Source: Stegostoma tigrinum
Taxonomy: Eukaryota
Assembly: GCF_030684315.1 (NCBI RefSeq)
Contig: NC_081363.1
Coordinates: 81,375,661-81,439,660 of the forward strand
Direction of reading: 5' to 3'
DNA: 64,000 nucleotides
In this document: positions 12,649-25,814 of the stretch, piece after piece
How positions within the stretch are numbered: position 1 is the first letter of the stretch
How the letters are laid out: each line of letters starts with the position of its first letter
The notes under the pieces: generated by a model
The model's input: the letters and a program-made list of their open reading frames with translations, nothing else
The model's database searches: none
What the model was told of the DNA's origin: nothing
Translations under genes and position numbers: made by a program

Positions 12649-13850
12649 CCATCAGATTTTATCCTACAACAAATTACTGAGCAGCTTCATTAATGATAAA
12701 TTGCAAACAGCAGCTTTACATTAATTGACAACTATCCTTTTTCAAAGTAGAAGTACAAAATGTTTGCAGTGCCTTCTCCACTAAAACCTCTGGTGTCATA
12801 ACACATGAGCAGTATGTTAGAAATCAGGCCCCATTATTCTCAAACTCGTCATAAATTTGAAAAGATTTAATCAAACTATCAAAGTACCCAACTCACCTGA
12901 ATGACAAACTTGGATTAAAAGGAAATATTAATCAGGTTTCTGCACTGAACAGATATATAACTGTTTATTACAATAAAATGTCTTTAATCAACGGAAATTA
13001 GGAAACGTGAATTATTAACCTATAACTCTACATTTTAACTCAATCTTTCTATTACTTCCACATTTCAGAGGTTTTTTTTGTAGCTTTCTCTCTACAGGCT
13101 ATATGGTTCTCTCCAACACTGGTCCCACAATAAACCTGCAATAATCCCACAATAATCATGTGGTCAGAACTGAATCAGAGCATTGACATCAAGCAACCTT
13201 GTCTTACTTCAAACTCATCAGTTTCATCGTGTCTGCTTCTTTTTTCACTGTTCCAGGTAAGTGCAATATGCAGACAACTCACAATGTGCTCCAGTAAACA
13301 TGATTTCAACACTGTACTCATCTCTTTGCAAAGTCCCCTGCTTTATAGCAGTATCTTCCAACTTTAGTCCACAGACCAAATATAAGGGAAACAAAAAGAT
13401 GTAGCCTTTACAAAGGGAAAATTGGACCAGAAGCAAAGCCTTTTATTATAAAAACAGACTGGAATTTTGTTCTGCACAACATTGTGCTTTGCCTTCCTCG
13501 CCGATTAAGTAGTGGGTTCAGATGGGTATAACAGCAAATGTAAATCATCTCAGGTAATTCCTCTTGAGCTTCCAGCAAATGGGCCATTAAAAAATAACAT
13601 ACCTCACATATCTGGATCAAGTCTTCAACGATTACATGGACAAAAGGCAGTCAAAAGACTGTCTGTTACATAGATATTTTAGCGATCATTTCAATTTAGG
13701 TTCAAAAACATCTTACCTGGCAGTCTGTCCAAGTCTAACCAAATAAATTTGACAATCTGGCAAACAACTAGATAGAAGGAACCAACACCTGAACAACTAT
13801 TAAGGAACTGCCTTGAAAACAGAATTTTGCAAACGACTTACATTTATTCA

Positions 13851-14026
13851 ACAAAAACAACATTGCTGGAAAAGCTCAGCAGGTCTGGCAGCATCTGTGG
13901 AGGGGAAAACACGGTTAACGTTTCGGGACCAGTGACCCCTCCTCAGATGCTGCCAGATCTGCTGAGCTTTTCCAGCAACTTTGTTTTTGTTCCTGATTTA
14001 CAGCATCCGCAGTTCTTTTGGTTTTT
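13851..14026. repeat. Palindromic Penelope-derived miniature element enclosing a hammerhead motif
   Basis: Arms 13851-13897 and 13944-13990 match 44/47 as reverse complements. The minus strand between them reads CTGAGGA-GGGGTCACTGGTCCC-GAAACGTTAA. Confidence 0.85.
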
Positions 14027-14151
14027 ACATTTATGCAACATGTTTAATATAGTATTAAAGTCCAAAAGTGCATCCTCAGACAAAATATTAGGGAACTATT
14101 AGGATAGGTAACCAACGGTTTGTCTCTAGGGTGGGTTTTAAGGACTGTCTT

Positions 14152-14560
14152 AGAGTCATACAGTTACGGAAACAGACCCTTTGGTCTACATCAGTCCATG
14201 CCGAACACAATTCCAAATTAATCTAGTCCCACCTAGATGCTCCTGGCCCACATCATTCCAAACCTTTCCTGTTCATGTACTTATCTCAGTGTCTTTTAAG
14301 CGTTTTAACAGTGCCTGCATCCACCACTTCCTCAGGACATTCATTCAACACAAGAACCACCCTCATGTCTTTTCAAAAAGCACTCTGCTCGCACCTTAAA
14401 AATATATCCCCTAGACTTTAAATCCCCCTCCAAGGAAAAAAAACATGTAATTCTATCTATACCCCTCATGATTATATCAACCTCTAAGGTCACCTTTGAA
14501 TCTCCTACATGAAAAATGCCCCAGCCTATCCAACCTTTCTTCATAACTCAAACCTTACAT
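14152..14560 (-). mobile_element. CR1 LINE 3' fragment
   Basis: Tail agagtcatacagttacggaaacagacccttt... ORF 14341-14544 contains IMRGIDR...LKSRGYIFKVR (CR1 ORF2 C-terminus). Confidence 0.8.
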
Positions 14561-16259
14561 ACCATCTTCAAATAACTGAACACACTTATTTTTACCATCA
14601 TCCTGTTACATCTTCTCCTCCAGGATCATGATATTGTTCTTTAGATATAGGGCTTTTTTGGTTGCTCACTGGAACTTCCCGAGGTCACTGAAGTTGCTAT
14701 ATTCCTCCTTACTTGCTCAGTATATAGGTCTCAGACATAATATTATCATTTCTACCCTTCACGTATATTCCTTAGTACTTGAATTTCAGTTATATTGCTT
14801 TATTGCACAGCAATAAGAATACAGAGTTTTGGGTTAGTGGGCAGAGAGCAGAATAGTATACATGTATGCGGAAGGTCAGTTACAACACTAATGTGCAAAC
14901 AGTATCATCCTGCATTCAATACCTTTACACACTACATTGTCATTCATTGACAATCCAGTACCAGCTACAGACCCGTTTGTGGTATGGCATTTAAATTCTA
15001 CAACTCCAGCAAACGATTAGGGCAGTTATGTGCTTGAAGCCTTCAAGTAAGCCTTAAAAAAATGTAAAGGTTGCAACTGCTTAAATGAGAAGGGAGAAGT
15101 AGACATATTTCAACATTACAGAGCTTTGAGGACATCCAATAAATGTGGAGGATTAAAATCAGGGATGCATCAGAATTGTCAGAGCACCGAAAACTTACAC
15201 AGTTGCAAGGCTTGAGATAGGATGGGGTGAAACCACAGAGATATTTACAGAAAATGAATTAACATGCTTTGAAGAAAAAAAAAATCAAGCTTTTGCCAGA
15301 TTTGGTGTGAAATAGAACGGGAGTAGTAAACTTTTTTGATGCACTTGATCTTATAGATTCATAGAGATATACAGTGCAGAAACAGACTCTTTGGTCTAAC
15401 TTGTCCATGCTGCAGATATCCTCTCATACACAGACCAGGAAATCATTGGAGAAAACAACTATGTTGTATATGCCTTCCAGCTTCAGGAAGCTACAAGTAA
15501 ACTGAAAAGACAGCCTGTAAGGAATAAGTAATTTGGAGACCTAAACCAATAGTAGCACTGGAAATCTGAACCCAAAGGTCGAAAATCAAAGCACTGAAGA
15601 GAAACCACCTCTACCACTGGAACCAACAAACAAGTTAACAGCTAAAGACTCCAGATTCTTCACCACAACTAGAAGGTATTGCAAATGAAAAGCACAAGGT
15701 GAGGATCAGAGGAAGGGAAAGGAAACATGGGAAAGAAGAAATTGAATGACCTCTTTTGTGGCTGGATAGGGGCTATCTTTAAGATAAACAAACAGTTACT
15801 AGAGGACACACACAAAATATAATCAACAAATAACCCAAAGTAGGGACTATAAACATAAAAGCCACCAGTAAATCCAACAATAAATTATGCAAAAAACCTA
15901 TTTATCTATATGTGGTTAACATGCAGAGCTTGTTGCTGCAATGGGATAGTTGCGTCGAGTCAGTTTCCTTCAAAAGGGTAGTGAGATTTTGCTGATTATT
16001 GCTTTGCTGATTATTGTGAGTGGATCAACTGGGCAGTAATTGGCCAAGTTGGATTAATGCTGCCTTTCATGGACAGAACATACCTGGTAACTTTCCACAT
16101 TGCTAGATAGATGCCAATGTTGTAACCATACTGGAATAATTTGGCTGGGGCTGTGGTTAGTCGTGGAACACAAGTATTCAATACCCTTTCCAGAGAATCA
16201 TCGAGCCCAAGGCCTTTCATAAGAGAGATGTTTGAAGATGTTATTATCAGGCTTCCAGA

Positions 16260-16860
16260 AAAATTCAAGGCAAACGGCAGAGTCAACTGAGATTTGTGAC
16301 CGGTAAATGTTTGGCTAATTTATTGGAATCCTTTGATGAGTAACGGATGCCCCCGATAAAAAGGAATGGTAGATATACTGTACATGGAGTTCCAGAAGGC
16401 ATTTGATAAACAGACACATCAAAAGGTCAACATGGAAAATGCACAGCTGTGGCATAGAAGGTAATGTATGGGCGTTAATAGAAGATTGGATAACTAGCAG
16501 GATAAACAGTAAAGCGTAAACAGGTCATTTTCTAGTTGGCAAAATGCAACACGTTGTGTGGCACAGGGATCATGTACAGGGGCCTTAACTTCTGAAAATT
16601 CATATAAAGGACTGGATAAAGGAACCAAAGGTATGGTTACTACATTTACTGTGAGCACAAAGAAAAGCTGTGAAGAGATAATGAGATTCAATTTGATACA
16701 GCAACATCAAGTGAGTGCAGAGGTAGGCCAAATTATGAATAATGTAGGAAAATGTTAAATTGTCTATTTTGGTATTGAGAATAAAAAGAAAGCATATTAT
16801 CTCAAAGGCGAGAGACTGCGGAGCTGAGATGCAGAGGGATTTGGGTCTTACCTGCATCTT
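16260..16860 (+). mobile_element. Old CR1 RT fragment
   Basis: tgtttggctaatttattggaatcctttgatgag (CLTNLLEFFEE-like), tacatggagttccagaaggcatttgataaa (YMDFQKAFDK), gtggcacagggatca (VPQGS). Confidence 0.75.
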
Positions 16861-16937
16861 CTTTAATATTTCACATGGTAATTTCATAGATCCAACTTGT
16901 ACAATGCCTGCAGGGAGGCTTTCAAATTGCTCCACAA

Positions 16938-19560
16938 CTTACATAGAACATTACAGCACAGTACAGGCCCTTCGGCCCTCAAACTTGTGCCGACCGGTCA
17001 TACCAATCTGAAGCCCATCTAACCTACACTATTCCATGTACGTCCATATGCTTGTCCAATGACAACTTAAATGTACCTAAAGTTGGCGAATCTACTACTG
17101 TTGCAAGCAAAGCGTTCCATACCCTTACTACTCTCTGAATAAAGAAACTACCTCTGACATCTGTCCTATATCTTTTACCCCTCAATTTAAAGCTATGCCC
17201 CCTCGTGCTCGCTGTCACCATCCTAGGAAAAAGGCTCTCCTTATCCACCCTATCTAACCCTCTGATTATCTTATATGCCTCAATTAAGTCACCTCTCAAC
17301 CTTCTTCTCTCTAACAAAAACAGCCTCAAGTCCCTCAGCCTTTCTCATAACAACTTCCCTCCATACCAGGCAACATCCTAGTAAATCTCCTCTGCACCCT
17401 TTCCAAAGCTTCCACATCGTTCCTATAATGCCGTGGCCAGAACTGTATGCAATACTCCAAGTGCGGCCGCACCAGAGTTTTGTACAGCTGCAGCATAACC
17501 TCATGGTTCCGGAACTCGATCCCTCTATTAATAAAAACTAAAACTCTGTATGCCTTCTTAACAGCCCTGTCAACCTGGGTGGCAACTTTCAAGGATCTGT
17601 GTATATGGACACAGATCTCTCTGCTCATCTCCACTACCAAGATTCTTACCATTATCTCAGTACTTTGCATTCCAGTTACTCCTACCAAAGTGCATCACCT
17701 CACACTTATCCACATTAAACTCCATTTGCCACCTCTCAGCCCAGCTCTGCAGCTTATCTATGTCTCTCTGTAACCTACAACATCCTTTATCACTATCCAC
17801 AACTCCACCGATCTTCGTGTCGTCTGCAAATTTACTAACCCATCCTACTATGCCCTCATCCAGGTCGTTTATAAAAATGATGAACAGCAATGGACCCAAC
17901 ACCGAACCTTGAGGTACACCACTAGTAACTGGACTCCAGGATGAACATTTCCCATCAACTACCACCCTCTGTCTTCTTTCAGCAAGCCAATTTCTGATCC
18001 AAACTGCTATATCTTCCACAATCCCATTCCTCCCCATTTTGTAAAATTGCCTACTGTGGGGAACCTTATCGAACGCCTTGCTGAAATCCACAAACACCAC
18101 ATCAACTGGTTTACTCTCATCTACCTGTTTGGTCACCTTCTCAAAGAACTCAATATGGTTTGTGAGGCACGACCTACCCTTCACAAAACCGTGCTGACTA
18201 TCCCTAATCAAATTATTCTTTTCTAGATGATTATAAATCCTATCCCTTATAACCTTTTCCAACACTTTACCAACAACTGAAGTGAGGCTCACTGGTCTAT
18301 AATTACCAGGGTTGTCTCTACTCCCCTTCTTGAACAGGGGAACCACATTTGCTATCCTCCAGTCGTCTGGCACTATTCCTGTAGACAATGACGAGTTAAA
18401 GGTCAATGCCAATGGCTCCGCAATCTCCTCCCTGGCTTCCCTGAGGATCCTAGGATAAATCCCATCCAGCCCAGGGGACTTATCTATTTTCACACTCTGT
18501 AGGATTTCTAATACCTCTTCCTTGTGAACCTCAATCCCTCATAGTCTAGTAGCCTGTATTTCAGTATTCTCCTCGACAACATTGTCGTTTTCTTGCAAAA
18601 TATTCATTTAGTGCTTCCCCATCTCCTCTGACTCCACACACAACTTACCACTACTATCCTTGACTGGCCTTAAGCTTACTCTCGTCACCCTTTTATTCCT
18701 TAAATACCTATAGAAAACCTTAGGGTGTACCCTGATCCCATCCGCCAACAACTTCTCGTGTCTCCTCCTGGCTCTTCTGAGCTCTCTCTTTAGGTCTTTC
18801 CTGGCTACCTCGTAGCCCTCAAGCGCCCTAACTGAGCCTTCACATCTCATCCTAACATAAGCCGCCTTCTTCCTCTTGACCAGAGATTCCACTTCCTTCA
18901 TAAACCACGGCTCCCGCGCTGTACAGCTTCCTCCCTGCCTGACAGGTACATACTTATCTAGGACACACAGGAGCTTTTCCTTGAATAAGCTCCACATTTC
19001 CAATGTGCCCATCCCCTGCAGTTTCCTTCCCCATCCTATGCTCCCTAAATCTTGCCTCATCTCATCGTAATTGCCTGACCCCCAGCTATAACTCTTTCCC
19101 AGTGGTATACACCTATCCCTTTCCATCTCTAAAGTAAACATAACAGAATTGTGATTGCTATCACCAAGGTGCTCACCTACTTCCAAATCTAACACCTGGC
19201 CGGGCTCATTACCCAGTGCCAAATCTATCGTGGCTTCGCCCCTTGTTGGCCTGTCTACATACTGTCACAAAGCCCTCCTGCACACACTGGGCAAAAACTG
19301 ACCCATCTGTGGTACTCGAACTATAGTGTTCCCAGTCAATATTTGGAAAGTTGAAGTCCCCCATGACAACTACCCTGTCTCTCTCACTCGTATCGAGAAT
19401 CATCTTTGCTATCCTTTCCTCTACATATCTGGAACTATTCGGAGGCCTTTAGAAAACTCCCAACAGGGTAACCTGTCCTTTCCTGTTTCTAACCTCAGCC
19501 TATACTACCTCAGTTGACGAGTCCCCAAACATCCTTTCTGCAATTGTCATACTGTCCTTG
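16938..19560 (-). mobile_element. Relatively young CR1 (HER1-like) LINE: 5'-truncated ORF2 with endonuclease tail, RT and 3' UTR; frameshifted
   Basis: Consecutive ORFs: 19209-19403 (VVVMGDFNFPNIDW), 18608-19222 (HLGDSNHNSVMF), 17657-18493 (KSPGLDGIYPRIL...NYRPVSLTSVVGK...DFSKAFDKV...GVPQGSVLGPLLF...KFADDTK), 17335-17688 and 17024-17329. Tail acatagaaca at ~16940. Confidence 0.96.
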
Positions 19561-21389
19561 AGAGGGAACATTTGTGAAGATTTTCCATCAGAATGATGTT
19601 GTGACAGATGGCCACCCCCGCCAGACCTAACTATTTTTGTCACACCTGACCGACCTATTGTAGAATAGGATAAAGAGGGCTCGACAACAAAAAGAAAGCT
19701 GATAACATTGGTAAACGACAGAAAGCAGTAGCCAGTCTCAAAGATGGCAGGAAGGTTTCAGGTTTAATAACATTTTTCCTAAAATCTAATGCACAAATTG
19801 GAAAAAAAAAATGAGAGCGTCTATGTCCTGTAAGCTTCCACCATTCCTACTCCTGATCTTTGTCTCTCTCCTGCTGAGGTCCCAACCTCCACCTTGCCTG
19901 CCTGGACTCTTTGTTAGAAGTGCATGTGCTGGTGATGGTGTCAATGCACAGTTGCTTCCTGCAGCCAACTGGTGTCATGGGCCATGTCTGCGCATACACG
20001 GAAGCCATTGTGGCACTACGGATAATAATTCCAATGTTGGCTAAATTAGAGTACATTCGAAATATCGAACTACCCTCGACTCCCTGAATCTTAAATGATA
20101 ATTTTCTTATTTGTTCAGGGAACGAGAGCGTCTCTGGGAAAGCCATCATCATCTATCTCCAACGTCCTTTAGAAGATGGAGGTAGGCCACATTCTTGAAC
20201 CACATACATGTAGTGAAGGTACTCCTGTAGAACTGACAAGACCAGGAAGTTCCTGAATTTCAACCCAATGACTCCTAATAGTCATTTTCTGATCACATTA
20301 AGGTTGAGGCCTGGCTGATAGAAAGTTTTACATTGTTTTTTACGCTGTGGGTTCCAAACATTAAGTATTTCTAACTGTAAAAATCTTATGCTGCGTGCAA
20401 GTTTAAATCTTTGTGAGCCAGGGTAACAAATCTTCAAATGCAAGTTAATCGGCCTAGAAATGTTTCATTGTTTTTGGCTTACACTTTCACTAAATTAAAG
20501 AAACAGCTTATCATTGGGAGTGCACACTTCATGCCAAGTTGAATATATTCTTGGACCACAAAATGACCTATGGGCATTTTTTTTTCAAATTAAAAGGGAT
20601 AATATTGCATTACCATCACACTTTCACCCATAGACTGAAAATGGTTACTCAGAAGTGTATTTAACGCATTCCTCCCATTAGCTGTTCTTTAATGTTTGCT
20701 GAGCTGATATCACTGCTATCTTATTGCAATATCATAAGCAGACTATTCATTTCTTCTTCCATTCCAAAGACCATCATTGCCAATTGTCCAGAAAGGGGAA
20801 CTGCAAAGTCATTTAACAGTCTTGTAGAGACCTACAAAGAAGCTTGCCTGCGAGATCCAAGACATTCTGGATGAAATGTGTCTCAGCACTATGTAAACCT
20901 ATAAATTGGCACTTATCAGTATCTTTTGAAAAGCAGAGATGTGTGAACTTGCTTTTCAAAATTTGTTCTCGTTTATGAACCCCAGAAATCTCCAAAGGAT
21001 GTGTCGCTGTGGAACCGAACTCTAAAACCAGAAATGAGTGCAGTTTTACCCATGTGTGAATAGCTACGAACTCTGTGTACTTTACCAACTTGAATCACAA
21101 ATTTAAGCTTCCTTTTTATTTTAAAGACAGGAATATGTATATGGGCTTTTAGAAATAATTTGATAAAGAGTCTCACAGATGACTGTTGCAAAGTATGCAC
21201 ACATGGCTTAAAGAAATGTAGAAATATGGTAAAGTTGATGATCAGTGTTTGTTGAATCAGTGCCACTTGAATTGGAAAAAGTAAACTGAATTCATTTTGG
21301 GTCTGCTAATGATTTGGACTTGGGCAGCGACAGTACAAAGTTGAATTTACTGATTACACAAGAGGAGGAGTTTTGCAGACAGTGAGCAA

Positions 21390-21900
21390 GAATTGTGAAG
21401 AGTCAGAACATGGCATGGATACCATGAGCAGTAGAAAGACTGTTCAATTTATTCAGTGAGCAGTGCAGATTCACCAGGCTTATACTGGGGACTAAAAACT
21501 ACAGTTAAGGAAATTGGAGAATCTAGGCCTATTTCTATTGCAGCGGGGAAGCTAAGAGATCTACTGAAGAGATCTAATATATTTGAAGTTGTATTTTAGA
21601 ACGGTATTTGCTTTCAGGAGGTTAAAGCACAAAAAATAATTTCCCTGGTTCAGGTATTAATCGTTTAGAAATTCAAAATTGTCATTAAGTAGAGAGGGGA
21701 TTATAAAAAATGCTTGAATACAAAGATCTTACATTGTGAAATGCTCTAGAACAGGGTGTAATTGAAGCAGACATTATTACCCTTTCAAAGAAAGTGCAGG
21801 TCAACAACTGTTGCAGAAATCTTTGGAAGACTACTGGATGGTGAAATTTGTTTTAGCCAGCATTGAAAGAATAGCAAGGGCCTCTTGTTAAACAATTCAA
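21390..21900 (+). mobile_element. Very degenerate CR1 3' fragment
   Basis: gtgcagattcaccaggcttatactgggg...ctaggcctattttctattgcagcggggaagctaagag (RFTRLIPG...LGLFSLE.RRLR-like). Confidence 0.55.
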
Positions 21901-24900
21901 CAACTCAAAGGGAGAACAGGCATTTAGCTAGTAAGTGGAGTACCTTGGTTGTCAAAACAAACCTAATGAAGACAATCCAATGAGGTCAGGCTTTACCTAT
22001 TGTGTTAGCCCTTGGACTCTTTCAAAGAGTATAATTTTTGTATTGCACTCAACTTCCATCTATGAATGGGTACACTAATCTGAAAACTAAACTGTAAGAG
22101 AGGAAAGAGGTTGGAGAAGGAAAACTGGTAACATCAGAGGGTAACAAACATTCAACTCAAGCTCAGGCACAGTAAGACTCAATATTCATTGAGGATACAA
22201 TTACACACCAAAATAAATTCAGTCCATCAAGACATCTAAGTATTTAGAAATGGCTATTTACCAAAGGGGTTCAACATCACTCTCCATATTCAAGAAAGTA
22301 AACAGAGTTTGCTTATCTTGCTAATTTTTTCACCTCCACTTGGGATTGAACCTAATTCTGCAACCCTAGCAGGGGGATGTGACTTCAGATTAATTTTTGT
22401 TTGTTCGGCTTCCTATTTCGTTACCATCCTGGAGTCCTGTTCTATTGAGGGTGCAGTGCCCTTACCTTGGAATCTGCTATGTTGACAGTCTCCATTGTTC
22501 TACAAGAAGTTCTGAGAACAAACAGGTGACTTGTGACCTGACTAAGAGGAATAACCAAAAAATTGTCAATATGGATAAGCTGGTAATTCAGTGTAATATT
22601 TGTGTAGGTAATTATCAATAGAAGCTTTAGTGTGCCAAACAGCGCCACAGTTCCAACAATACATACAAACCAATCTGAAGCCAGGTAATCATACGTAATG
22701 ATAGGAATCATTCTTACAAGATCATTAGTCAGCGTAGGATACTATACAATATTAGACTGAGCTTACGATAGTGCTTTCCAAAGGCTCAGATCAAGCTTAA
22801 ATCAAATGCAGCACTGTCAAGTCAAAAGAATTGCAGCTGTTGTTCTGGACAAGGAAAAACAAGATCCACGTGATGAAGCCTGACTTAGTAGCTGGGACAT
22901 GTCCACAATTCAAGGCTATTGCCAATTTCTTCAGCTTTGTAAAGAGTACAGTTAACCATTCATGGGCTTGCGGAGTTTGATTTAAACACTTTCCAAATTA
23001 GTGGGAAAGAGGACATACCATTAAAAACTTCATATTCTGGGTTCACACCAAGGTTGTATTAGAGTGCTATAAATCAGACTTGTTGACTATTGGAGGCATG
23101 TACCAATAAGTCAACAAATTCCTCTCCAAAAGAGGGTCTGGCATTTCCCTTTTTCTTCCTTAAGCCTTTCTAAAGAGTTTGACCACATTAGGTGTTTTGG
23201 CAGACTTCCTCTTTGCAGTAAAGGAAGTTTTCATCATTGCACAAAAATTCCCTGCATTTTATTTAAGAAAATTTCTGGAACAACCACCTCAGAAACAGGA
23301 GAAAGCTTGAAACAGTCCAAAACTCTGACAATTCACTATGTGTTCTACACGATGTTACATATTAGTACATTTACTGAACAAACATCAACTACAAATAATG
23401 GTTTCTATCAAGCTTCTCTCATTTCAAGCACACAATGATGTTTTTCAACTGGCTTGCCAAGGCTGTCAAGGAAAATGCCATTTGGAGTGAAGACAACTTT
23501 GAGGTTTCTCACTTTTAAATCCTGACATTAGAAATACGCTTCTGTAAGTGTGCCCACTTTTATATCCCTAAAATTTGATATTTTCATCACTTCATATCAG
23601 CAATTTTATTGAACTAGTCTTTCCTGCATCAGAGTCTATTTTCATATACAAGTATATTTTTTCAGGAGAATGAACTAGGCAGTCGAAGAACACCTGGAGC
23701 TTGGATCCAACTGAATGAAAATAAATTAAGATCAGCTCTTTGGGTTTGGACCCGACCTGCCTCCTCTCTTTTCACTCACCTCTCATGATCAGCTTGAATA
23801 AACACTCCAATCCACAATATCAAGTTTGGGCAAAGAATGCTCAACCCTTACCAGCCATGTAGCAAAGGGAATTTTTAATATGAAGAGTATCAAATGGCTC
23901 AATTTTACAGAATGCCATGTTTCTGTCTCTGGCTGAAAAGTCTTTAAAAGCAGCCCCTGTTCCATTACAGATTTGCATGCCAATCTTGGATTTCAATTGA
24001 CCTGAATCTGTTCTTTTCTCAACTCATTGCAATTATCCTTCCTACAATTATTGTTACTGTTGTTCTGGCTATGCTTGTCCCTTTTCATAACTAGACATTA
24101 CAATGCTATGAACACTGATCCCAAAATATTCCTTTGCAGACACATAAGCCATCGCATTCTCTAGATCCAGATCTGCAAGGTCTGCTACCATTGTTTTTCC
24201 AGTAAACACTAATTCAACAAATTCTCCCCTCTCTGCTCTTTTGTACTCCAGTCTATATTAGTAAAGCCTATATTAGTCCCATGTTGCAAACAAAAGTACT
24301 TTTTTGGAATTTCTTAGCAGATTTGTTGCCCAATATCTTTCTCACTCGTTGGTGGTCCAAATAGACTCTGTCCTTGACACCTTTACAACTTCCTGTTTCT
24401 TCAGCATTATAATATTCTTTGTGATCAATTCAGTCATTCCTCCTCCTTTCTATCCTCCTTACCTTTCCTGAACATCTTATAGACAGGAATGGTGAGAATC
24501 CTGAACTTTTTTGAGCCAGTTCCTAGTAATTGTCTCATAATTATACTTCCATATGCCTATCTACCCCTGTCACTCACCAAATTTATTTACCATAGTCATA
24601 TAGGTGCCCATGTACAGAGTAAACCTAATTTAGATCTTAAGCCATTCCTTCTTACTCTAAACCCAACTAATACCTTACTATTTCTTAGTCTAATGCCATC
24701 TCTCTCAATTTTTGTGTATCTTCCTTCCTACACCATCTGTCCAGTCATGCAATCATCACTACCTATTCTCCTACACCTAAGTGATGCCTAACCACCAATT
24801 TTAACAAAGTTTCAGATGTGTTATGCAGATGTTGGTATAAATTCAAAGTAATCTTCAGTGCCTGGAGTTAATTTTAAGCATGAACAAAGCCTAACGGAAC

Positions 24901-25814
24901 ATTTACATGTTTCTTACTGTCATCGAGCACTTGTTTTTAACCCATTGCATCTAAAGTGGAGCACATGACTCGAAAATATCTCGTCTAGGCTGCAAAAAAC
25001 GGTCGGATGAAATTAAGTAATAATCCAGTCTATAGATCAAACAAGTGTCTGCTTGTTGGAACCTGAGCCGAAGTTCTTAAAGACGAAGTGCACCAACATG
25101 CAATACTCTCTCTGTGCAAAGCGTGTATTATAATAATATATACTACCACAAAGAGTAGTTGAGGTGAAGCTATATAAGAGAGAAGGGTAGGATAATGTTG
25201 AGAAATTAGGGAACGCTTAGTAAAGTGCACAGTTCTCATGCAGGTGAAGTCCTGACTTCACACTGAGTCAATGCCAACAATGTAAATAGGAATTGTTTCA
25301 GAACAAATCAAGTAACTTAACATTAGGCACTTATGAGATGGTATGGGAGAAATTGGAGAAGGAAGTGGAAACAGGGTCCTGACATGAATTATTAACCGTG
25401 ATCATATTGAATGGTGCAGCAGATTCAAAGAGTCACATGGTGTACTCCAACTCCTATTTTTTTTTAAACCTATGCAGTCAACTTTTAACCCTTTCTTTGT
25501 GTATCTCTGAAAGGGCAAATCATGACTGCTTTCTGCAAGAATGGTGGAGTGGGGAGTGCAGCTTTCACTATCCTTTCCCTTTTGGTATCTTACAGAAGTC
25601 TACAGCACATAAAAAGGCCCTTCAGCTCATCACATTTGTGCCAGTCAAAAATAGCCACCTAACTATTTTAATTCCATTTCTTGCACATGGTCCATAGTCT
25701 TGTACACCCTGGCATCATAATTGTACATCTAAATACCTGTTAAATATTGAGGGTATTGCAAACATCTGATAATTCTTCTCATCTAAGAACAGTGCCTTTG
25801 AAGATCAGAAGACG

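Noticed and set aside
13717-13789. AG...GT-bounded segment on the minus strand as RAD51B exon 8
   Set aside because: It has an in-frame stop (VLVPSI*) and no similarity to the expected peptide.
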